Source: Planctomycetia bacterium
GTDB lineage: Bacteria; Planctomycetota; Phycisphaerae; Phycisphaerales; SM1A02
DNA length: 63,725 nt
Direction of reading: 5' to 3'
NCBI GenBank assembly: GCA_005790565.1
Contig: SXUJ01000118.1
Span: 1-63,725 of the forward strand
Each line of letters starts with the position of its first letter. Within the stretch, counting starts at the first letter, position 1. Of this stretch, positions 55,612 to 63,725 are shown in pieces. The notes under the pieces were generated by a model. It was not told where the DNA came from. It saw only the letters and a list, made by a program, of their open reading frames with translations, and ran no database searches. The position numbers were made by a program, and so were the translations under genes.

Positions 55612-57720
55612 ATGCAACCACTCACCCTGCTCTGCGCGACTCCCATCTGCACCATGCTTGCGGCGACGCCCGTGCCGCCCACGAAGGAAGCGCCCGTTGT
55701 GGAGACGGTGCACGGCGTCACGATCACGGATGAGTACCGTTGGCTTGAAGCACTTGAAAAGGACTCCCCTGAAGTTGCTGCGTGGACGACGACGCAAATC
55801 GATGCCACTCGCGCCACGCTGAACGCGCTTCCGTGCCGTTCGGCACTGACGAGTGCACTCGAACCTTGGATGACGCTCGGTTCGATCGGCCTCCCGACCA
55901 TGACGGATGCTGGCATTGTCTACCGACAACGCAGCGGAACGCAGAATCAACCCGTCGTGATGTTCCGCGCGAGCCTCACCGGCCCCGCTCGCGCGCTGCT
56001 CGACGTCAATGCGATGGATGCGAAGGGGCTCACGAGCCTCGATTGGTCTCAACCCAACGAACAGGGCACGCTGCTCGCGTTTGGGACATCGCGGCAAGGC
56101 AGCGAGATGAGTGAGTTGCATGTCGTGGAAATCGCGTCGGGAAAGATTCTGGCTGACACGATTTCCGGAAAGGTCAGCCTCAGCGGTTGGATGCCCGACG
56201 GGAAGAGCTTCTTTTACAGCGGATTGCGCGATGCGAAGGACCCCTACTCACGCGAGACTCGATACCACATTCTCGGGACCGATCCCGCGACGGACAAGGT
56301 GCTCGAGAAGCAAACAACGCCGAGCGAGATCCCTAGCTCTGGACCGAGCACGGATGGAAAGTGGATCATCGGCACGCTTTCAAAGGGATGGCAGGCGAAT
56401 GACCTTTGGATCGCACCGATGGATGCATGGTTGCAAACAGGTGAACTCAACAAGACGGTGCTCGCCGAAGGACTTGACGGACGGTTCGAACCGATCGACA
56501 CCGTCGGCGACACCCTCTTCATCACGATGAGTTTCGGCACCCCCAAGGGAAGCGTCATGGCTATCTCAGTGCACCACCCGGAGCGAGCCGCGTGGAAATC
56601 TGTGATCGCCGAACGCGCCGACATGGTGATGGATCGCGTTTCCTTCGCGAAGGACACCATCGTCGTCACTTACTCCCAGGATGTCTGCACGCGCTTTGAA
56701 CGGTTCACGATGGACGGCAAGCCGCAAGGCAGCATCGACCTCCCTGGACTCGGCACCGCGTCGATCTCCACGGATGTCAAGCGCAGCGATGCGTTTGTGC
56801 AGTTCACGAGTTACGACGCTGCACCCACAATTTTCTCGACAAATGTGCACCACCCGGCGCTCGCCGTTTGGGAACAGATGGCGACTCCGACGGATCTCTC
56901 CAAGTATGTCGTTGAGCAGAAACGCGCCACAAGTCCCGATGGGACCCAGGTTCCGATGTTCCTCGTGCACAAGCGAGACCTTGTGCTCGATGGTGACAAT
57001 CCCACGCTCCTCTACGCCTACGGCGGGTTCAATGTCTCGCTGACACCGACCTTCAATCCAACCATTGTTCCTTGGCTTGAGCAAGGCGGGGTCTATGTTG
57101 TGGCAAACCTCCGCGGTGGTGGCGAGTACGGCGAAGAATGGCACGCCGCTGGCATGCAGGCCAACAAGCAGAATGTGTTCGACGATTTCTACGCGTGTGC
57201 GGAGTGGCTCATCAAGAACAAGTACACGCAGACGGCCCGCCTCGCGATCGAGGGCGGCTCCAACGGAGGGCTCCTTATGGGAGTCGCGGCCACGCAACGG
57301 CCGGATCTCTTCTCCGCTGCGATTGTTGCCGTCCCGCTCCTTGACATGGTTCGGTATCACCAGTTCTTGATTGCTCGATACTGGGTACCCGAGTACGGCT
57401 CAAGCGAAGACGCGACTGCGTTCAAGACGCTGCACGCATACTCACCCTATCACCACATCAAAGCCGGCACAAAGTATCCCGCGCTCCTGATCACGGCAGG
57501 CGAGAATGACTCTCGCGTGCATCCCCTCCACGCTCGAAAGTTTGCGGCGAAGCTGCAGCGCGATGCCGCCAATGATCCTGCGGCCGAACCAATTCTGCTC
57601 TGGGTCGATCGCGACGCGGGTCACGGACAGGGCAAGCCGCTTGCACTTCGTATCCGTGACGAAGTCGATCAATGGAGCTTCGTCATGTGGCAGACCGGTA
57701 TGTGCGGCGGAGAGGATTGA
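55612..57720 (+). CDS. Prolyl oligopeptidase (S9A family)
   Basis: ITDEYRWLE at the N-terminus, a beta-propeller region, and the catalytic AIEGGSNGGLLMG, with DSRVHPLHARKF near the C-terminus. Confidence 0.9.
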   Translation: MQPLTLLCATPICTMLAATPVPPTKEAPVVETVHGVTITDEYRWLEALEKDSPEVAAWTTTQIDATRATLNALPCRSALTSALEPWMTLGSIGLPTMTDAGIVYRQRSGTQNQPVVMFRASLTGPARALLDVNAMDAKGLTSLDWSQPNEQGTLLAFGTSRQGSEMSELHVVEIASGKILADTISGKVSLSGWMPDGKSFFYSGLRDAKDPYSRETRYHILGTDPATDKVLEKQTTPSEIPSSGPSTDGKWIIGTLSKGWQANDLWIAPMDAWLQTGELNKTVLAEGLDGRFEPIDTVGDTLFITMSFGTPKGSVMAISVHHPERAAWKSVIAERADMVMDRVSFAKDTIVVTYSQDVCTRFERFTMDGKPQGSIDLPGLGTASISTDVKRSDAFVQFTSYDAAPTIFSTNVHHPALAVWEQMATPTDLSKYVVEQKRATSPDGTQVPMFLVHKRDLVLDGDNPTLLYAYGGFNVSLTPTFNPTIVPWLEQGGVYVVANLRGGGEYGEEWHAAGMQANKQNVFDDFYACAEWLIKNKYTQTARLAIEGGSNGGLLMGVAATQRPDLFSAAIVAVPLLDMVRYHQFLIARYWVPEYGSSEDATAFKTLHAYSPYHHIKAGTKYPALLITAGENDSRVHPLHARKFAAKLQRDAANDPAAEPILLWVDRDAGHGQGKPLALRIRDEVDQWSFVMWQTGMCGGED

Positions 57721-57724
57721 GCGT

Positions 57725-59161
57725 TCACGCTGCTTTCGCCGCGGGTTGATCGAAGGCTCGCAATGCGTCATACGCAGCGTCTTTGTAGAGATCGCTCAGG
57801 GATGGATAGTTGAAGCAAGTCTCGACAAGAAAGTCGATCCCGTGGCCGCTCGCGATCGCCCATTGTGCGAGGTGCACCAGTTCCGTCGCGTCCTCGCCGA
57901 CGATGCTCACCCCAATCAACCGCCGATTGGAGCGGTCAAACACGGCCTTGAGCAGGCCACGATCGTCGCCGAGCATGCGACCACGAGGATTGTTTCGGTA
58001 GTAGCCGCAACCTGTCACCACATCCATCCCCGCAGCAATCGCTTCTTCCGCGGTCTTGCCGACCGCTGCGACGGCGGGAATCGTATAGATCCCGATCGGG
58101 ATCGTCGCCGCAAGGTCGCTGTGAAATGGAATGCCAAACATTCGACACGCGGCAATGCGCCCTTGCTCCATGCTTGTTGACGCAAGGGCTGGAAAACCAA
58201 TGACATCGCCACCCGCAAAGACACTTGGGCAACTCGTGCGGTATTCACGATCAACCGCGAGATTCCCGCGATCATCCGCTTGCACACCAACTCGTTCAAG
58301 CCCGAGTTGCCGCGTGTTTCCCTGCCTCCCAAGGCTCCACAGGACACACTCGCTCGAGAGGCACTCACCACTGGAAAGCTCGGTCGTCACCTGGTCGTGG
58401 CCGTCGCCGCGCGCATGCGTCGTTCCGTCCGCTCCCACGCGTGCAACCGTCTGTCCAAAGCGAAACGCAATGCCCGCAGCAGACATGCCAGCTTCGAGCA
58501 CTCCTCGAATGTCGACATCGAGAAAACGCATCAGTCCCACGCGCGGCTCGATGAGCGTGACCTCCACCCCAAGCTCGGCGAAAATGCTCGCGTACTCACA
58601 CCCGATGACGCCTCCTCCCACGACCACAAGCGAGCGAGGCATGAAATCGAGTTCGAGAATGCCGTTCGCATCCACCACGCCAGGAAGCGTGAAGTCCGCC
58701 TGCTTTCCTCGTGCGGGGCTCGAGCCGGTCGCGATCATGATGAATGCGGTCGCGAGACGCTCCGTGTGTCCATCAGGCGCCATGACTTCCACCGTGCTTG
58801 CGTCGATGATCGTGCCTCGTCCCCGAATCATGACCACTCCCGCATCGTCGAAGTCGGCTTCTATCCGGTCATGCTCTTCCATCTGGACGAGCGTGCGCCG
58901 CGCCATGAAACGAGCCATCGACAGTCGATCGCGCTCCGTGCCTTGGCTCCAACCTGGAATTGGTCGGCGGCGAAGCGCACTTGCGACCAACGCGGTTTCG
59001 CGGAGCGCCTTGGAAGCAATCGTGCCTGTGTTGACCATCGCGCCGCCGGGCCGCGGCTCCATTTCGACCACAGCGACGCGACGACCAAACGACGCCGCTT
59101 GCAACGCCGCCTTCTCGCCTGCGGGGCCAGAGCCAATGACAACAAGATCAAACGACCGCAT
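57725..59161 (-). CDS. sthA: Soluble pyridine nucleotide transhydrogenase-like flavoprotein (SthA family)
   Basis: FDLVVIGSGPAGEKAA ... GGAMVNTGTIASKALRE lacks the CxxxxC redox disulfide, as in SthA-type enzymes. There is a second Rossmann motif, VVVGGGVIGCEYA, and a C-terminal dimerisation domain. Confidence 0.82.
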   Translation of the reverse strand: MRSFDLVVIGSGPAGEKAALQAASFGRRVAVVEMEPRPGGAMVNTGTIASKALRETALVASALRRRPIPGWSQGTERDRLSMARFMARRTLVQMEEHDRIEADFDDAGVVMIRGRGTIIDASTVEVMAPDGHTERLATAFIMIATGSSPARGKQADFTLPGVVDANGILELDFMPRSLVVVGGGVIGCEYASIFAELGVEVTLIEPRVGLMRFLDVDIRGVLEAGMSAAGIAFRFGQTVARVGADGTTHARGDGHDQVTTELSSGECLSSECVLWSLGRQGNTRQLGLERVGVQADDRGNLAVDREYRTSCPSVFAGGDVIGFPALASTSMEQGRIAACRMFGIPFHSDLAATIPIGIYTIPAVAAVGKTAEEAIAAGMDVVTGCGYYRNNPRGRMLGDDRGLLKAVFDRSNRRLIGVSIVGEDATELVHLAQWAIASGHGIDFLVETCFNYPSLSDLYKDAAYDALRAFDQPAAKAA

Positions 59162-59249
59162 GTGCACGCCATCGGCGTTTTCTGCGCACCCCTTCAACGG
59201 GTCATGGGATGCCGAATCGAGAACCCGAAATGTTCCTTCCGCGCGTCCA

Positions 59250-61520
59250 TCATTGCACGCGCGAAAGTCGCGCATGCTCGACGATAACCGTCTTGATTCC
59301 GACTCCGCGAAAGGCGATTCGGGCCCGCGTGCCACCGAAACCGCGCGCGAGAAACTCCACTTTCCCCACGCCAAAAATGGGGTGTTTCACACTACATCCC
59401 ACGGGGAAAAGTTCCGCGGGATCGAGATCACAGAATGCTTCCGGTTCGTCGTACACGATTCGATCGACGCTCGGCGTTCGATCGGCAACTGTCGTGGCGT
59501 TGCTCGGAATCTCACGCAAGAACGGACTCTCGATCGTTGCTTGTCGCACGCCGCGGACTTGTCGACTCACCGCGCTCGAAATCATGAGCGCGCGTTGCGC
59601 GCGGGTCATCCCCACGAAAAGCAAACGGCGCTCCTCCTCGAGTGCATCGTCGCTCTCCATGCTTCTCGAGTGCGGCAGCAATCCATGCTCAAGCCCAACC
59701 ACCGCAACGGAGTCAAACTCCAGGCCTTTCGCAGCATGCAGCGTCATGAGCGTCACACTTCCGCGATCAGGATCAAACGCATCCGCGTCAGCGATGAGCG
59801 CGACCGACTCGAGCCACGCACAAACTGCGGTGCGAAGCGTGGGATGGGTAATGTCGGGATCGTCGATGAACTGAAACTCGCGTGCGGCCGACACAAGTTC
59901 GTCGAGGTTCGCGACTCGCTCCGCTTCTTCCACTCCGCCGCGCCCAACAAACTCGTCGAGCTTCGTCTGTTTGAGGACCTCTCCCACGAAATCGGCAAGG
60001 TCGCCCGGCAAGCGTGCATCCATCCCCCGTTGGAAACTCCGGAGAAGTTCGATGAATGCCACGACCGATTCTCCGATCTTCCCCTTCACGATTCCAGCAC
60101 CCGGAGCCATCGCGAATGCGTCGAACAACGCGTATCCAGAGCCCGCCGCGTACCCCTCCACCTTGCGAACGGTCGTCGGACCGATGCCGCGCGTCGGCAC
60201 ATTCACGATTCGTCGCAGCGAAACTTCGTCGCGGGGATTGGAGAGCAGGCGGAAGTAAGCGATCGCGTCCTTGATTTCTTTGCGATCGTAGAACGCCGTT
60301 CCACGAACCACGATGGAGGGGATCATCTTTCGGCGCAGCGAGTCCTCGAGCACGCGGGAGAGCGCATTCATCCGATAGAGGACCGCCATCGAGCGATAAG
60401 GCACACCCGCGCGAAGCCGTTCCTCGAAGAATGCGGCAACTTGGTCGGCCTCATCGTGCTCGTCCTGACATCGCAAGACGCGAACGCGCTCCCCCTCCTC
60501 AAGTGCCGTGTGCAGATCCTTATGCGGCCGTTTCTTGTTATGCACGATCAGCCCATCCGCCGCTCGCACGATTGCCGCCGTCGAGCGGAAGTTTTCGCCG
60601 AGCGGAAGCACCACTGCTCCTGCAAAGTGCTGTTCGAACTCAAGGATGTTCGTGATGTCCGCGCCACGCCAACCATAAATCGATTGATCTGGGTCGCCCA
60701 CCACAAAGAGGTTGCGATGCTCACTCGCGAGCGTGGCCGCAATGACGAACTGCGCGTGATTCGTGTCCTGATACTCGTCGAGCAATATGAAACGAGCGCG
60801 CTGCTGGAGAAGCGCACGAACGCTTGCGTCGTTGCGCAACAAGGACGCGGTCTTCATCAGAAGGTCATCGAAATCGCAGGCATTCGATCGATGTAAGGTG
60901 TCTTGGTATCTCGCGTAGGCCTTCGCGATGGAACGCGACCAAAAGTCGCTCGCCTCGAGCGCGTACTCCTCAGGCGTGAGCAATCGGTTCTTGATCTCTG
61001 AAATCGCGGCAAGCACGGACGCGGGAGTCCAGTTACTCGTGGTAAGTCCTGCGGCTTCGATCGCAGCTTTCAGTGCCGTTTTCTGATCGTCACTGTCGTA
61101 GATCGAGAACCCTGCCTGCAGACCGACGCTCGCGCCGTGCCGGCGGAGCACGCTCGCGCAGTAACTATGGAAAGTACTCACGATGAGACCGCCAGCCAGT
61201 CCACGCGGCAGAAGTCGCTCGACGCGATTTCGCATTTCACCCGCTGCCTTGTTCGTAAATGTGAGCGCGAGAATCTGCGACGGCTTCACACCTTGGCTCA
61301 CAAGGTGCGCAATGCGCTGCGTGATGACGCGGGTTTTTCCTGACCCCGGCCCCGCAAGGACAAGAGCTGGCCCCTCGAAGTGCAAGACTGCAGCGCGTTG
61401 TGCATCCGTCAATCCATCGACGAGCGCGGCCTCAACGCAGGCGTCCGATGCGCCCATTGAGGTTCGATGCGCGCTCCGAGTCGCGCTGAGATCCAGTGGG
61501 TCGTATCCGTCGCTCGTCAT
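59250..61520 (-). CDS. uvrD: UvrD/PcrA-family ATP-dependent DNA helicase
   Basis: LVLAGPGSGKTRVITQRIAHL (Walker A), LLDEYQDTN, VGDPDQSIYGWRGA and TLHAAKGLEF. The C-terminal domain is VKHPIFGVGKV. The start is uncertain, with candidates at 61457, 61520 and 61616. Confidence 0.9.
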   Translation of the reverse strand: MTSDGYDPLDLSATRSAHRTSMGASDACVEAALVDGLTDAQRAAVLHFEGPALVLAGPGSGKTRVITQRIAHLVSQGVKPSQILALTFTNKAAGEMRNRVERLLPRGLAGGLIVSTFHSYCASVLRRHGASVGLQAGFSIYDSDDQKTALKAAIEAAGLTTSNWTPASVLAAISEIKNRLLTPEEYALEASDFWSRSIAKAYARYQDTLHRSNACDFDDLLMKTASLLRNDASVRALLQQRARFILLDEYQDTNHAQFVIAATLASEHRNLFVVGDPDQSIYGWRGADITNILEFEQHFAGAVVLPLGENFRSTAAIVRAADGLIVHNKKRPHKDLHTALEEGERVRVLRCQDEHDEADQVAAFFEERLRAGVPYRSMAVLYRMNALSRVLEDSLRRKMIPSIVVRGTAFYDRKEIKDAIAYFRLLSNPRDEVSLRRIVNVPTRGIGPTTVRKVEGYAAGSGYALFDAFAMAPGAGIVKGKIGESVVAFIELLRSFQRGMDARLPGDLADFVGEVLKQTKLDEFVGRGGVEEAERVANLDELVSAAREFQFIDDPDITHPTLRTAVCAWLESVALIADADAFDPDRGSVTLMTLHAAKGLEFDSVAVVGLEHGLLPHSRSMESDDALEEERRLLFVGMTRAQRALMISSAVSRQVRGVRQATIESPFLREIPSNATTVADRTPSVDRIVYDEPEAFCDLDPAELFPVGCSVKHPIFGVGKVEFLARGFGGTRARIAFRGVGIKTVIVEHARLSRVQ

Positions 61521-62191
61521 TCGCAAACATCCGTTGGTGCGCTCTTGCACCCATGTCCATCCGACTTCATTCACACAAACGAACGATGCTATCGAACGCA
61601 GGCCCGCATCCTTCAAGACCGTGGGAATTCATTTCGTACGGCGTGGAAGTTCCGACCTCGGACCTCGATGCAGAATCCGCCAGACAGACTTTCCACAACC
61701 GGCCGTTTCGCACCACCCTCGGAACAGGTTTTCCACTCCGCCTGTCGGCGTTCGGACGCACAATTCGCCCTTGCTACCATCCTGAGGCCTCGTGACCGAA
61801 CAAATTTCAGAAAACTGCCGAATCTTTGGAACCGATTTGAATTTAGGCTTGCGACCACAAAATGTTGTGGGTAGGCTGAGTGCACTACACAGCCAATCGT
61901 GGTTGTGACTGAGTTAGACCGATAAAAATGAACTGCTTGAAGCCCGCATGGCGTTGGATTGCTGAGGCAATGACCTCTTCGCGCTTGAACGGAAACCGAC
62001 CTACGACTGCGCCAGCGATTTGATGAGAGCCCTAAGGCAGCGAGCCTGAGCATGGACCGACATGCCGAAAACCAGATGTGACGCCCTCGCATGAAGCGCG
62101 GGATAAAAGGTACATGCCCAACTCATGACGCAGGATGCGTGAGGGAAGGGCGACCAAGCGGACCGGTGGGGTTCGTTTTGAGGCGGTAGTC

Positions 62192-62818
62192 ATGGCAGTG
62201 TTGTGCGATACGCAGATTCGCGAGCTCGTTCGCATCGAGCCGTTCGAAGAAAATCTGAAGCGCCCGGGATTGGTGAGTTACGGCGTGTCGAGCTACGGCT
62301 ACGACGTACGCGTCGGGACGCGATTCAAGGTATTCACGAATGTCACCAGCGGCGGCGTGGCGGTTGTCGACCCTAAGGCATTCACGAACGATCTCTTCTT
62401 GACGATCGACACGGTCGAAACGGGGATGGACCACATCATCATCCCGCCCAACTCCTTCGCGCTAGCGGAGACGATTGAGTATTTCGACATCCCTCGTGAC
62501 TGCCTCGCAATCTGCGTTGGGAAGTCGACCTATGCGCGCTGCGGCATCATTGTGAATGTCACTCCCCTCGAGCCAGAATGGCGCGGCAAGGTGACGATTG
62601 AGATTTCGAACACGACGCCACTCCCGGCGCGGATCTACGCGAACGAGGGGATTGCACAGATGATCTTCCTCCGCGCCGATCGCACCTGCTCGACGAGTTA
62701 CGCTGACAAATCGGGCAAGTACCAAGATCAACCGGGCCTCACGCTTCCGATGGTGGACGGAATCTCGTCCACGCTCGCTGCGCGGCGACCAAGTTGCTGC
62801 AACAGCCCCGAACATTGA
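62192..62818 (+). CDS. dcd: dCTP deaminase
   Basis: [10 protein letters not shown] ... [14 protein letters not shown] ... [16 protein letters not shown] ... [31 protein letters not shown]. Confidence 0.9.
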   Translation: MAVLCDTQIRELVRIEPFEENLKRPGLVSYGVSSYGYDVRVGTRFKVFTNVTSGGVAVVDPKAFTNDLFLTIDTVETGMDHIIIPPNSFALAETIEYFDIPRDCLAICVGKSTYARCGIIVNVTPLEPEWRGKVTIEISNTTPLPARIYANEGIAQMIFLRADRTCSTSYADKSGKYQDQPGLTLPMVDGISSTLAARRPSCCNSPEH

Positions 62819-62957
62819 ATCCAAGTTTGAGCGCGCTTCGCGTGTTGTTGTCGAAACTTCACACGAGTTCAAACGCGCTGATTTCACCACGCCACGCTCT
62901 GCATTCCCTCCGACCTCCCCTCCCACTTTCACTCTCTGATTCGCGGAAGTACTACGC

Positions 62958-63725
62958 ATGAAGATCTCGCGACGCTTCACAAAGGCTGGACAAGATGTCT
63001 ATGGTTCTCTCGAATGGTCAAAGCGATCGAGTCGCATCGGCAATGCCGACGGTTCGACGGTCTTTGAGATGACCGACGCGGAGATTCCCGCGTCGTGGAG
63101 TCAACTCGCAACGGACATCGTTGTGAGTAAGTACTTCAGAAAGGCCGGGGTCCCTCAACTCGACGCTTCAGGGCGTGTGCAGCTTGACGCGAGTGGAAAG
63201 CCTGTTCTTGGCCCGGAGCGATCGGTTCGACAGGTCGTGCATCGACTCGCGGGCTGCTGGCGACATTGGGGAGAAAAATTCGGCTACTTCTCGACGACCA
63301 AGGATGCGGACTCGTTCTACGACGAGATCGCGCACATGCTGCTCACACAGATGGCGGCGCCAAATAGTCCGCAGTGGTTCAACACCGGTCTTTCCTACGC
63401 CTACGCCATTTCGGGACCGGCGCAAGGCCACTGGGTTGCGGATCACACGACAGGACAAGTTTCGCTCGCGACCGATGCCTACACGCATCCGCAACCGCAC
63501 GCCTGTTTCATTCAATCGGTTGGCGATGACCTCGTGGGCGACGGTGGCATCATGAACTTGTGGACTCGCGAAGCGCGGCTCTTCAAGTACGGCTCGGGTA
63601 CGGGCACGAATTTCTCCTCGCTCCGAGGCGAGAACGAGTCACTCTCAGGCGGAGGAAAGAGCTCTGGGCTTATGAGCTTCCTCAAGATTGGCGACCGTGC
63701 AGCGGCGGCAATCAAGTCTGGCGGC
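62958..63725 (+). CDS. nrdJ: Class II (adenosylcobalamin-dependent) ribonucleotide reductase, 5' partial
   Basis: Absent from the ORF track because it has no stop in the window. Manual translation from the ATG at 62958 gives MKISRRFTKAGQDVYGSLEWSKRSSRI ... VVSKYFRKAG ... MAAPNSPQWFNTG ... ACFIQSVGDDL ... LFKYGSGTGTNFSSLRGE ... GLMSFLKIGD, open to the window end. Confidence 0.88.
   Translation, partial: MKISRRFTKAGQDVYGSLEWSKRSSRIGNADGSTVFEMTDAEIPASWSQLATDIVVSKYFRKAGVPQLDASGRVQLDASGKPVLGPERSVRQVVHRLAGCWRHWGEKFGYFSTTKDADSFYDEIAHMLLTQMAAPNSPQWFNTGLSYAYAISGPAQGHWVADHTTGQVSLATDAYTHPQPHACFIQSVGDDLVGDGGIMNLWTREARLFKYGSGTGTNFSSLRGENESLSGGGKSSGLMSFLKIGDRAAAAIKSGG

Noticed and set aside
58131-60896. 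A 921-aa plus-strand ORF spanning the sthA-like and uvrD-like loci.
   Set aside because: It lies antisense to two genes with clear family motifs. Its translation is Arg/Ser/Ala/Pro-rich with no motifs, which is typical of a high-GC shadow ORF.
61613-62092. A 159-aa minus-strand ORF in the uvrD-dcd intergenic region.
   Set aside because: Its composition (many R, S and C, with no hydrophobic core pattern) and its lower-GC context argue against coding. It is treated as non-coding DNA.
62120-62190. The string gtgagggaagggcg upstream of dcd, which is reminiscent of the AGGGAA element of cobalamin riboswitches.
   Set aside because: The other conserved cobalamin elements (the GGTG..AA..CC region, the GCCACTG core and the B12 box) are absent. 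dcd is also not a known B12-regulated gene.

Overview
This is a gene-dense, high-GC bacterial chromosomal segment. I found no rRNA, tRNA, CRISPR array, transposase or integrase. Positions 51-13088 on the minus strand hold an almost complete S10-spc-alpha ribosomal protein cluster, running rpsJ, rplC, rplD through rplO, secY, infA, rpmJ, rpsM. It lacks L30, adk and map in their usual slots. S14 and L36 are Zn-ribbon-degenerate, S5 carries an RGG-rich tail, and the spacers around rplC are unusually long and structured.

The rest is mostly housekeeping:
- Translation, DNA and nucleotide metabolism: lysS, map, uvrD/pcrA-like helicase, dcd, purB, and a 5' partial class II ribonucleotide reductase running off the right edge.
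- Central and cofactor metabolism: pfk, plsY, manA, panC, hutI, sthA-like flavoprotein, a polyprenyl synthase, and a monocistronic atpD.
- Fe-S assembly: iscS-iscU-iscA.
- Envelope and regulation: gmhB-like phosphatase plus heptosyltransferase, an ECF sigma/anti-sigma pair, and STAS next to SixA.

An Hc1-type histone-like protein and dockerin-like tails suggest a PVC/Planctomycetota-like organism; that is inference only.

I see no clear defence or mobile system. The most unusual content:
1. Three secreted proteins share the same ~50-aa C-terminal dockerin-like twin calcium-loop tail: an S1-like protease, an M14 carboxypeptidase and a Cys-rich protein.
2. The Cys-rich protein contains a thrice-repeated Cys-knot-like motif that I cannot assign to a named family.
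3. A translationally coupled trio encodes a secreted protein, a GT2 glycosyltransferase and a protein with remote BshC-like motifs.

All functional calls rest on motif recognition by eye in the supplied translations. Start codons are often uncertain because high GC gives long upstream open frames.
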